From the human T2T-CHM13v2.0 reference genome, Homo sapiens: a stretch of 64,000 bases of DNA. The notes under the pieces are model-generated. The model was given only the letters and a program-made list of their open reading frames with translations. It searched no databases and was not told the origin of the DNA. The translations under genes were made by a program, and so were the position numbers. This document shows, piece by piece, positions 38,775 through 51,185 of this stretch; the first letter of the stretch is position 1; the number at the start of each line of letters is the position of its first letter. The stretch lies in the NCBI RefSeq assembly GCF_009914755.1, contig NC_060942.1, one strand, 5' to 3'.

Positions 38775-40690
38775 AAGTGCCTCTAACCAGTGGGCTTCCT
38801 CCCCCATCATCACCCACTGGGGAAGAAGTGTTAAATAACCAATAGGCTTCCTCCCCCACCATCACCCACTGGTGAAGAAGTGCTAAATAACCAGTGGGCT
38901 TCCTCCCCCACCATCACCCACTGGTGAAGAAGTGTTAAATAACCAGTGGGCTTCCTCCCCCATCATCACCCACTGGGGAAGAAGTGTTAAATAACCAATA
39001 GGCTTCCTCCCCCACCATCACCCACTGGTGAAGAAGTGCTAAATAACCAGTGGGCTTCCTCCCCCACCATCACCCACTGGTGAAGAAGTGTTAAATAACC
39101 AGTGGGCTTCCTCCCCCATCATCACCCACTGAAGAGAAAGTGCTAACTAACCAGTCGGCTTTCTCTCCTATCATCACCCACAGTGGAAGAAGTGCTAACT
39201 AACCAGTGGGCTTATGCCATCCTCACCCATTGGAGAGGAAGTGCTAACTGACCAGACAGCTAACTCCATAATCATTACCAGCTAAGGAGAAAGTGCTAAC
39301 TAACCGGTGAGCTTACTCTCCCATCATCACCCACTGAAGGGGAAGTGCTAACTAACCACTGGACTTACTCTTTCATCGTCACACACTGGGTAGAAAGTGC
39401 TAACTAACCAGTGAACTTACTCCTTCATGGTCATCCACTGGGGAAGAAGTGCTTACTAAGCAGTGTGCTTACTCCCACATCATCACCCACTGGGGAGAAA
39501 GTGCTAATGACTGGGCTTACTCCCTCATCCACATGCACTGGAGAGGAAGGGCTAACTAGCCAGTGGGCTAACTCCATAATCATCACCAACTAAGGAGAAA
39601 GTGCTAAATAACCAGTGGGCTTATTCAATCATCATCACCCACTAAAGAGGCAGTGCTAACTAACTGGTGGGCTAACTTCATCATCACCTACTGGAGAAGG
39701 AGGGCTAACTAGCCAGTGGGTTTACTCCATCATCACCCACTGAGGAGCAAGTGCTAACTAACCAGTTAAAATAATCCCCCATCATCACCCACTGGAAAGG
39801 AAGTGCTAACTAACCAGTGGGCTTACTCCATGACCACCATCCACTGGGGAGGAAGTGCTGAATAAACAGGGGGCTTTCTCGCCGGTCATCACCCGGTGAA
39901 GAGGAAGTGCTAACTAGTTATTGTGCTTACTCCCCATCGTCACCCACTGGAGGAAGTGCTCACTAGTTATTGGGCTTACTCCCCATCATCACCCACTGGG
40001 GGAAGTGCTCACTAGTTATTGGGCTTACTCCCCATCATCACCCACTGGGGGAAGTGCTAACTGGTTATTGGGCTTACTCCCCATCGTCACCCACTGGGGG
40101 AAGTGCTAACTGGTTATTGGGCTTACTCCCCATCATCACCCACTGGGGGAATTGCTAACTGGTTATTGGGCTTACTCCCCATCATCACCCACTGGAGGAA
40201 GTGCTAACTGGTTATTGGGCTTACTCCCCATCGTCACCCACTGGGGGAAGTGCTAACTGGTTATTGGGCTTACTCCCCATCGTCACCCACTGGAGGAAGT
40301 GCTCACTAGTTATTGGTCTTACTCCCCATCGTCACCCACTGGAGGAAGTGCTCACTGCTCACTGGAGGAAGTGCTCACTAGTTATTGGGCTTACTCCCCA
40401 TCGTCACCCACTGGAGGAAGTGCTCACTAGTTATTGGGCTTACTCCCCATCGTCACCCACTGGAGGAAGTGCTCACTAGTTATTGGGCTTACTCCCCATC
40501 GTCACCCACTGGAGGAAGTGCTCACTGCTCACTGGAGGAAGTGCTCACTAGTTATTGGGCTTACTCCCCATCGTCACCCACTGGAGGAAGTGCTCACTAG
40601 TTATTGGGCTTACTCCCCATCGTCACCCACTGGAGGAAGTGCTAACTGGTTATTGGGCTTACTCCCCACAATCACCCACTGGAGGAAGTC
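38775..40690. repeat. 1.9-kb minisatellite with 49-52-bp units (CACCCACTGG..GAAGTGCTAA..CCAGTGGGCTT.CTCCCCATCAT)
   Basis: 52-bp period at 38811-39122, diverged middle, 49-bp period from 39941. Confidence 0.95.
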
Positions 40691-41029
40691 CTGACACTAA
40701 GGGTCCCTTCCAGAGAGCATCAGTGTCATTGCAACAGGGGGACGAAAGCCCGTGAAATCCTGTTTTTGGTCAAGTCCTCATGATTTTATCTTTTAACCCA
40801 AAGCACAGTGTTTATTTCTGCTGGGGTTGTTCCCACAAGGAGCTGAAGAACTGAAGCTGAAACTGCCTTTCAGGCTTCCCTGACCACCTTCCTACCCTAC
40901 CCCAGAGGAAGTTTTCGGGGACCCTCAAGGAGCCACCTGCAGCCCTTCATCATTCTTTCCACTAAGCCTCACGGGCAAGGTCACCCTTCCTGCCTCCCTC
41001 CCATGGGCTGACCTGGTGATCCTCCATGG

Positions 41030-42510
41030 AGAATGCGTAGGAGCCGGATATTGGCACTGCCAGGTGGAAAAGTCCCCTGTCAGGGTGAAAAGTCAGACGG
41101 CGTCTGCCTCTCGCTCTTGGAGTGCTCCTGGCCTAACGCAGCAGTTTCGCAGATAAACGTTACAGAAGGTAGAGCGCTCTACAGATATGAAGGAGTGGCC
41201 CGTGGTTTCACGTAGAACAAATTACTTCCGGCAGAAAGATCAGGAAAGTTTCGAAATCGCGGAGTTCTCAAGGGATGGGCAGAACGGGCGGGTGAGCAGG
41301 GCCAAGCGCCTCCTGGACAGTGACCATCCCGGAGCCTGGGGACGCGCTGGGGGGCAGGAGCTGTCCCACTCGTTCAGGCGAGGGTCTGGGAAGGGACCCC
41401 AAGCGGGAGGCCGACGCTGCCTGGGTCCTCCCTTGGGGCGGCCGCCTCCCCATTCACCCCGAGCATCCCGAAACCTGGAAAGGAGCAAAGCTGAAGCGAT
41501 GGCCACGTGCATGACGGCAGGCAGCCTGCAGATTCGTTGTTAAACTACACTCACGCCGGGTCTAACAGGCGCGCACCTGCCGGCACGCCGCCCGCTGCTG
41601 TGACCTGGGCAGCGTCGGGTCTCAGGCCCCCGCCTCTCGCGCTGTGACAGTGAGAAGCCGAGAAAGTCATGTCACGTCCGTCTGAGGAGGCAGCTCCTCA
41701 GTGTGGCAGAAAGAAATGCCCACTCTCCGAGCACCAGCCAGGACGTGTGCTTAAGCCAACCTGTTCATTCTTCCACCTGATCCCTTATGTAATGTAACAT
41801 GCATGTTTCATCCACAAAAATGAGCAGCGAAATCCACCGACCCAGCAACATGTTCCGAGACACGCAGGAGCCTTTTCCACGGAGCCAGCTCCCGGCCTTC
41901 CCCTCCAACATCCACCCCGCGCTCGCGTAGCCCGGGCTCCTGCCATTGCGCTGCCAGCTGGGCGGCACCTTTCAGGCGGGGAAAAGCGAATCTTCTGCCG
42001 GACTGATCAAGGCACAGCGCTTCTGTCCTGCCCTTTATTTTTGCCCAAATGCATCTTGGTATCACCGTCTGTAATTGTTCCTTCATCTCCCCCGTGGACA
42101 TGAAGTCGCTACAGCTTTGCAGAAGCAGCATTAGCCTGAGAAGCAGCAAAGAAAAGCAGAGAGGCTTAGCGTCCCTCAGCCACAGATTAATGCCTCTTCA
42201 AAGACGCCATCCAGATGCGGCCGGCTCCGCGCCGGCTTCCCCGGCAACAGCTGGGGAGGCGCATGGTGCCCCGCCTTCTGTTCCCCACGTTATGAGCAGG
42301 AATAAAAGCCGCCTCCTTAATGGCCTGGGTTTGTGTTGGAGGCATAATTTTCTGTTGACATTACAAAAGGGCAAGCTTCATGTGTTTTCATCACTGACAG
42401 AGAGACGAAGGTGAGTTGCTCTCCTATCCACACCTCCTCCTCCTCTCCAGAGCCCACTGCACTCAAGAGCGGGACCCAGGCTCCTCGGGGCGTGTCCTCG
42501 GCGGTCCCTC
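41030..42510. promoter_or_regulatory. CpG-rich non-repetitive region (weak CpG island; candidate promoter or enhancer)
   Basis: Visibly higher CpG density (GGCGCGCACC, CACGCCGCCCGC, CCCCGCGCTCGCG, GCGGCCGGCTCCGCGCCGG); GC box CCCCGCCT ~41627; E-box CACGTG ~41504. Confidence 0.5.
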
Positions 42511-43042
42511 GGCCTCACACAACAGTCAAAAGCAGCTGCTAACTTTCGACCTTACGTGAGGAGTGGCGAAAGCATCCCATTTGCTACCAGGGCAGATTAT
42601 TTTTGGAGTTAAAATAAAAGAAACACCATTCTCAACTCACCGTTGCCCGTGGATTCCAGTGGGTAGGAATTAAAGCCTCTAAAAAGAGGCTGTGTGATTT
42701 CCCGGGTGAAGTGTCAGATTGTAAAGGGATTCAGAACTACTCATTCCAGTTCAGCAGATTAGTAAGAACCAGAATGCATGGCCTCGAACAACCTCCCGGT
42801 GCCAGGAGAGTCTCTTTGAAGAACTCTGAGTAACAAAGGCCACCCCACGTTGAACCCCAGTTATGAGCTACAGTCTTATTGCCAAATTAAGTTGAGAATC
42901 TGTGATCGTTTGGCTTCAGAAAGAGAAAGCAAAAAACTTTTTTCTCTGTGACCCAGGTGTGATCCTTGGGGAGTGAGTCCTTGGCTGCACTCATAAGGGA
43001 ACCCTCGGAGGTACCTGTCCAGAGGCAGAAAGCTTCTCCCTG

Positions 43043-43180
43043 GACTGTCTGGAGTCTCTGGACTGTCTGGAGCGTGCCATGACTGTCTGGAGTGTGCCAT
43101 GACTGTCTGGAGTGTGCCGTGACTGTCTGGAGTGTGCCATGACTGTCTGGAGGGTGCCGTGACTGTCTGGAGGGTGCCGT
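43043..43180. repeat. Minisatellite, 6 x 20 bp (GACTGTCTGGAGTGTGCCAT) plus one 18-bp unit
   Basis: 20-bp period from 43061. Confidence 0.95.
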
Positions 43181-45300
43181 GCCCTCCTGAATGGGCACCT
43201 TGTTTTTATTTCACAGTTTTCCAGTGAATGACCAGACACAACCGTTACAGGGTCAGCACTTTCATGGAAGGTTACAGAAGCGGACATGTTCCACGCAAAA
43301 TATTGGACAATATAAGAAACGTATCACTTGGCATTTGCAAAACGATTTCCTAGGACAGTTTGCCTTCCAGGTCATGTAAAGCTTGTGTTCAGAGGTTAGA
43401 CATAGACATGCCATTGGTACCAGCAGTGGGAGGGAGGGAGGGAGGGAGGGTCAATCCAGTCACTTCCCAAAGGAACCTGGTCGGGGGATGAGTTTGGGCA
43501 TCAACTTCATGAGGCAAAGAAGCCAGAGAGAGCTCCATGGCAAGGTCTGACAACAAGTCAACTCGTAAACCAGGCTCCAAGCCATTCTCCAAGGCACATC
43601 TGGGAAGTGTCACCTTCTCATCTTTACAAAAACCTTGGGAGGCCCCAGATTTCCCCATTACCAAAGACTGCATTTCCTGATGCAAGGAAATCTCGCCACT
43701 GATGGCGAGATTTGCCTGGACTCCTCACAAACACCTGCTGGGTGGCGCGGCTGCATTCCTCCTGCCTGTGACTCGGGCTGGCTGCAGGTGGACACGGAGA
43801 CCACACCCACACCCATGGGAAGGCCCGTCCTGCAGATGAGGGTGGGGAAATAGCTGTGGACAAGGACTGGCTGGTTCTGTTCTTTGAAAAAAATTTAATT
43901 TCGTGCATAGCATCTGTTCCATAGAATGAGACCACTTCTCTTGTGAATTTTTTATAATGGTAAATATACGGGATTGAGTTTTAATCACAAACAGGATTAT
44001 GATGCAGATGTAGTAGAAACTGGGGAGGGGCAAGGTCTTGCGTGAGGCTGTCTCATAACCACAGGGTTTCTGTGGACTTTCAGTGGTGTTTGCTGGGGCA
44101 TTGGCCCTTATTAACCTTGGCAGTCAGAGCTCATATTCCAAACATTCACTAAAATATTCCACGTGGGCACAAGCGATTTCCAATCAACACTAAGACATGC
44201 CCTTGAAGAAGAGGGTTTGAGTGCGGTTCACCGGGCCAGGACAAGTGGACCTTCTTCAGTTAGGAGACACCTGCTGTGCCAGTGAGTGTCCTCAATTCAT
44301 GGCTCAGACACAGCTCCAGCAGCCTGTCCAGCGGGGAAGAGAGCTGTGAGTGAAAAGAGCCACAGTGCACGGGTAGAAGCGACGTACCAGAGGGGTGGCT
44401 TCCTGGAGCCGATCTAGTTCCAAGACAGATGCCAATGGCGGAATCAGAGCTCCATAAGTCAACGTACCTTTGAGAATCTGTCAGGGGCTCTTGGAGATCG
44501 TTTGTGAGTATTTTAAAGGATGAGGGAAATACCTGCTATGCAGCATTCTTATTTGTTATTAGCTGGTCAGTTCGTTTTCCCTCATCTGCCTTAAGCTTCT
44601 GGTAGGTGATGGGAAGGAGAGCACCCGCGTCTCCCTCGTGTTTTCTCTCTCCATGGGGAGGACGGGAGAGGATGTGTCTGAGAGGGAGCTGCATGCCAGC
44701 CGTTCGCAGCAGACTCAAAGGCCCCCATGCTGTGCCCATGTGGGGTGCGAGTGTGAAGGCAGCAGGGGAGCAGTACCCACAGGGAGACGCAGCATCGGTT
44801 GTGCCTGGCCACAGGTGCTCCAGGTCACCTGGATGACAAACATCACGTTGGGCTGGGGCTGGTCCTGGTATCCGGGGAAAGATGTTCTCCCTGTCAAGGC
44901 AGCTGGGAAGCTGGTCCAGGGAGCCCCACCCTTAGCTGTACAACCTGCCTGCTCTCTGCTGGGGGAAGCAGCATTTCACAGAACATGCTAATGGCACGAG
45001 TCCCTCAAAGCCAGGCTGCCTCTTTCATTTAAAGACAATGGTGTGTGACAAAGTCATCCCAGAATATGCTGTCTGGTGCCCTAGTATGACAGTTATTTGA
45101 GGAAAGTCATCTTGACAAAAATGCTCCCTAAGAAAGAAACACTTCTCCTCCATCTGATGTGCAAATCGATTCATAGGAATCAATACAGTTTCAGCTCCAG
45201 ATCAGAGAGGGGGCAATTGGAGAAGCTCAGTAAATGTGCTGTCAGAATCACTGGGGTAATTTGAGCACTGCCACGCCACCATGCTCTCTCTGACCACACC

Positions 45301-45327
45301 AGAGAGAGAGAAAGAGAGAGAGAGAGA
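45301..45327. repeat. (GA)n microsatellite
   Basis: AGAGAGAGAGAAAGAGAGAGAGAGAGA. Confidence 0.9.
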
Positions 45328-46019
45328 AGGAAAGTCTAAATTAATCTTCAAAGGCAGAGGGAAGGAACCTACCCTGGCCCTCTCCCTTCATCCCATATGT
45401 GGTGTGGCTGGGTCCCAGGATGATGGACGGTGACACAGGCCACGGAGCGAGCCGCCACACCTGGAGACAAAGGGGTCACCACGGAGCGGGGGAGAGCCAG
45501 GTCTGCATTCTCCCGAACCCCTACTTCCCACCATTTTCTAACGGGTCTCTAAAAAATGTTTTTGAATACTAAAAGGCTATTAGTACAGAGGCAGAAAGCA
45601 TTGAGGAAAGTGAGAACACAGAGAAACAAACCACGAGTGTAAATGTTAAAGTCATTTCTCGTCCACATTGTATATGAACAAGTTTTCTGTGATGTATTTT
45701 GTTCTCTTCAGGAGCCAAAATACATGCCAAGTGTGTCACCTTCTGCTCCAAGTACCCACAATGCAAAGTCGATGTGAGTTCTTTCCTCGATGTCGTCATA
45801 CATTCCACTAAATTGCTTTCACGCGTAAATCTGGCACCGGAAGCTGGAGACTGAGATTAGAATGAGGAAACGCAGACGGCCTTTCTCTGCAACTAGTGCA
45901 TTTCATGTGGTCTTCTGAAAATTACTTATCCTTTCTCATCTTGACATATCTACTATTTCGTCACTGAAATTTTTAAAAAAGGAAAAAATCTTCTATGTCT
46001 TTCCTCCATGTGACGTTTA

Positions 46020-46215
46020 AGGACAGATGAGAGTCTGTGGAAACCAGAGCCCTGGGTTCTCACCCTAGATCTTAGGACAGTCCCTGAAGGTCCCTGGGTC
46101 TGTTCCCTGTCTGTAAAATGGAATGACCTTGCCTACCTCCTGATAATAAGATGAGAAGATGTGGAACAATGCCTGGAAAACAGCCCGACGCTATAAGAAG
46201 TTCACCTAGTGTGCC
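46020..46215 (+). mobile_element. MIR fragment
   Basis: CCAGAGCCCTGGGTTC...CTGTCTGTAAAATGGAATGA..GCCTACCTC. Confidence 0.65.
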
Positions 46216-46778
46216 TGAAAGGAAATATCACCTGCAGAAGACAGGAAGGGGCCATGTCCCAGGAATATCACCTGCAGAAGACACAAAGGGGCCATGTCCC
46301 AGGCGAGCTCTCCTCCCTGCTGGGAAGGCTGCGCTCCTGTGAATGTGGGCACTCATGCAGCAGCAGAGACGGGCGGGAGCTGGGGGAGAGTGGCAGAGCT
46401 GTGTGCCAATGGCTCTGAGGTAGCAGAACAGTGGGAAGACGACAGTCTGAGAGTCAAGTGTGAATGCCTCCAACCAAAGGAGGTTCACCTGCTTACAGCA
46501 AGGAGGACAGAGAAGTGCAGGCCAATGACACGAGCCTCAGGAAAGCAGAAGGTTCTTTCTTCCTGAGGATGAGAAAGGAAATGGCTTGGACATGGCAATG
46601 AACAGCAGATAAACTTTTGAGCCCAATTCCCATTTGTGCACCCCAAGTGCAGGAAAAGAAGTCCTTCCCTTGAGAAGCCACAGAAGAGGCTGCAGGGTGA
46701 GGGCCAGACCTAGCAAGGTGCCAGGGGGCCGTGCTCACTGGCAGTCACGGTGTAGACACGCCCAATTCTGTGACTTCA

Positions 46779-46968
46779 GCGGCACAGGGAGAGCCAGGGA
46801 GAGGCGGCAAAGGGAGAGGCGGCACAGGGAGAGCCAGGGAGAGGTGGCAAAGGGAGAGGCGGCAAAGGGAGAGGCGGCACAGGGAGAGGCGACACAGGGA
46901 GAGGCGGCACAGGGAGAGCCAGGGAGAGGTGGCAAAGGGAGAGGCGGCACAGGGAGAGGCAGCACAGG
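46779..46968. repeat. Minisatellite of 15-bp units (AGGGAGAGGCGGCA[C/A]) interspersed with 10-bp AGGGAGAGCC units
   Basis: Direct repeat; produces the (GEAAQ)n and (RERRH)n ORFs. Confidence 0.9.
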
Positions 46969-48639
46969 ATTCTGGATGCAGCCCCGAAGAGGATGGAAAA
47001 TCTTAGGTGGGTGCTCAGGGGAAGAGATAGAGGCTGCCAGGGAAGTGAGTCGGCTGCTTGCTCGGTCACCAGATCTTGGATTTGTGGTTGCTGGTCTGAG
47101 TTGCTACTGAAATGCAGTAGACTTGGCCTTGGGGTCACCAAGCCATATGCATGCAATGATATGAGAGCAACAAATTAGCCAAAGTGGTCTGTGCCCACAG
47201 AGGCCAGCGTCACCTCCTGGAACCACCCCTGCTAATGTCACGTGAGCCCAGAGCCACCAACCGGGCTGGTTTCTCAGCATATGGGTGGAGAGAGGCCTCT
47301 GATCGAGGAGCCACATTCTGCAGCAAAATAATCCTTCCCACTGTGCACGGAGATCCTGAGATCACCTGGAGGGTGGGGGATGGTGGTGACAAGACAAGGA
47401 GGGTGCAAAGACACAAGTTGCCAAAGATCAGGGCGGGGGCGTTTCTCTTAAATGGCGCCTCCCAGCTGGTGCCCCCTTTCCTGTTAGAAAACTTGAATGA
47501 GAAGCAACCTTCCTGAACGGTCACAGGAAGGCAGTGTTGGTATCTTGAGTAGGCGTGAACCACTCCCCTGCTCCGGGGGGACTAGAGAAGCGTAGCCCGT
47601 GTCCTTCCCCATCTGAACAGAGCAGCGCCATGGGCTAGGGAGCACTAACAGAGGCTCTGACCCCCTCCCTGCCCCTGCCCAATTTCTGCCCCTAGATTAG
47701 AGATTCAGAGCTTGGGATAACCAGAAACACAAGTGGGCACCCGGGCATGTTTCCTTCCCTCCCTCCTGGCTCCTTGCCGTCCACAGCCACCATATAACAC
47801 AAGCCCAGGATCCAGCTCAGTCAGGGTAGAAGGAGACACTCGCTGGGTTGAGGTTAGAAGATCCTGGGTTGAGGGCATGAATGAATCACATTTCACGTGC
47901 TGTGGACGGACGGAGACACAATACTGCAGATCACCATCAAACCCCTCCCCAGAGAGGGCCAGAGGAGCCCACCCAAGACAGTGTCCACCAGACCTGAGAG
48001 CCTGGACCGGACAGGGCACCCCAGTGCACCCCATCTCAGTGTCAGAGAGCAGGCAGGGCGGAGGCCGTGAGAAGTCCCTCACCCTGCAAGGAGTGAACAC
48101 TGTTTTCTTATAGAGAGAATTTCCTTATCCAACAATGTGCAAGCAGAAAACAGAAAGAAAGGTCTGTGGGGAAATAATCCACAGCATTAAAGAAGGGAAA
48201 TAATCCAGTTTCTATTTGACCCAAAAACTATTTATAGAAGAGTGTTTTTAATGCTCCAAAGGATAGGGGGGTAGTGTTTATTTAATGTTTGTTTTGTTGG
48301 CTGCACTTACTGCAATTTGGGCTTTCTGTCATTCACTGATGTATTCTTCATGACCCAATATAGAATCAGTTTTTATATTTGTTATGAGTACATATGAAAG
48401 AAGGTCTGCTCTTTGTAAGGCACAAAGTTGGGGATTATATATGTAATTTCATGTGTATACTATTGAGAAAACAAGAATGTTACATATCAAAATTTAGGAA
48501 AGAAAGGCCAAAGCTGCACTAAAAGATAAATTCATGGCAGTAAAAACAAATCATTAAAAGAAAAATGATAGAAGGAAGGAAGGACAGGAGGAGGGAAAGA
48601 AATTCCTCTTCACTGGCATTTTATAAATTTTATTTATTT

Positions 48640-49310
48640 TTGAGAGAATAGATAATTTTCATGCCATCTTAATTATCTCTGAGTGTAGAAAAAGACAGAA
48701 AGATATTTAATTCATTTTGTGAAGCGACCATGATTCTGATCATCATATTGAAATCTCACAAATATCAAAAAAAAGAAAAAAGTAAAACCATGCATTCCTC
48801 TCACTTTGAATATAGACTGGAAAATTCCAAGTAAAATATTAGCAAATTCAGCAGAATAGTAGGAGAATCATCCACCAAGAACAAGTAGTTGTCACCCCAG
48901 TAATTCAAGGATGGCTCCATTTTAATCCAAAAGACAATAGTTGTAAAATAATCTCAGGAGATGGTGAAAATATTTTCATTACACGCAGTGGCCTTTCCTG
49001 ATTTTTAAAAGCTCTTTGAAAGCAGAAATAGACAAATGTCACCTCAGCACTGTAAAAATATCTAAAACTAAAACCAGTGTCTTACTGGATAGAAAAAAAC
49101 TGTAATATCTCCTTGTTATCAACATTAATGCAGTTCTCAATTATTAGAGTAAAACATGAAATAGACATTAGAAGAAGAACCATTGGAGAAAAGTTTGCAA
49201 GCAAATCATAACTTGCAAGAGATATGCCGGTACACATTTTAGAAAAAGAAACAACAGTAAAATGAACACAGAATTGTTAGACTTGATTAGTTGAAGGAAT
49301 TTTCTGTACA
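48640..49310 (+). mobile_element. Very old L1 ORF2 (RT region) fragment
   Basis: GAATATAGACTGGAAAATTCCAAGTAAAATATTAGCAAA...ATCATCCACCAAGAACAAGTAG..CACCCCAGTAATTCAAGGATGG is collinear with L1 'NIDAKILNKILANRIQQ..IIHHDQVGFIPGMQGW'. Confidence 0.75.
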
Positions 49311-50044
49311 TCAAGATTGTGCAGCACTTCCAACTTCCAGCTGTGGCAGAGTAGCTTCTATCGTTCTGACCTTTTTGCCTAAAAGAATGATAAACTCTGA
49401 AGAAAATGTGTAAAATACTGATTTGAAGGCATGAGCTTTGAATGTGTATTTGCTGTTTGTTCCGCCATCTGGCAAGGCCAAAGTGTTCCCTGGATCCTGC
49501 TGGCCCCAGAGTGAGACTGTGGGGCAGGCCCAGCTGGGCTCACCAGCAGCAGGGACAGAGCTGCCTCGACCTCCCCATCCCCGTGAGAAATAAAGGTTGA
49601 TGGTGAAAGCTATGGGAATGTGGGATTGTTTCTTATGCAGAATTCTCATAGCAAAAACCCTGCCTCAAATGGAAACTGCCAGCAGATGGGAGTGCTGCTG
49701 TAAAACACCTGAAGGGAGGGGTCCTGGCCACAGACCAGGCCACAGATAGGTGGGAAACTGGTTCGGGCTAGAAAAATTAAGACCTGTTATGTAACAGTAG
49801 AAAAAGCAGCTGCCCACGACAAGCCACTTAGCAGAAAATGCAACTCAAGTTGCCAGATTCGCTTATGATGACTAACTGCCCTTGATAAGGCACCACTAGG
49901 GAGAGGAACCCAGAAAAGAGCTGGCTGCTCATGTACAGAATGCAGAGGGTGTGCTGGGAGATAGAAACTCTAGAACTTGCAGGAACTGTAAAGTGGAACT
50001 GCTTCTCATCTCCAGCCAGTAAAAGGTAAAATTAAGAATGGTCT

Positions 50045-50612
<568 letters not shown>

Positions 50613-50737
50613 CCTGCCTCCGGGCTGTGTGACCACACCCTATAGGCCCCTGGTCAGTCCTTTCAGCCTCTAGAAAGTGGTCTCAAGGCTGGTCCTGAAG
50701 AAGCCAACCACAGATAAGACAGTCACCCATAAAGGAC

Positions 50738-51185
50738 AGCCGCGGCTGAACATGCCAAGCTGGCTAGAGGGAGGGTGACAGCCGCAGCCGAACCTCAGAG
50801 CTGGCTAGAGGGAGGGTGACAGCCGCGGACAAACCTGCAGACCTGGCTAGAGGGAGGGTGACAGCCGCGGCCGAACCTGCAGTGCTGGCTAGAGGGAGGG
50901 TGACAGCCGCAGCCGAACCTCAGAGCTGGCTAGAGGGAGGGTGACAGCCGCAGTTGAACCTGCAGTGCTGGCTAGAGGGAGGGTGACAGCCGCGGCCGAA
51001 CCTGCAGTGCTGGCTAGAGGGAGGGTGACAGCCGCGGCCGAACCTGCAGTGCTGGCTAGAGGGAGGGTGACAGCCTCGGCCGAACCTGCAGTGCTGGCTA
51101 GAAGGAGGGTGACAGCCGCGGCCGAACCTCAGAGCTGGCTAGAGGGAGGGTGACAGCTGCGGTAGAACCTGCAGTGCTGGCTAGA
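50738..51185. repeat. Minisatellite, ~10 x 41-42 bp (CTGGCTAGAGGGAGGGTGACAGCCGCGGCCGAACCTGCAGTG)
   Basis: Direct repeat; 14-aa periodic ORF at 50941-51153. Confidence 0.95.
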
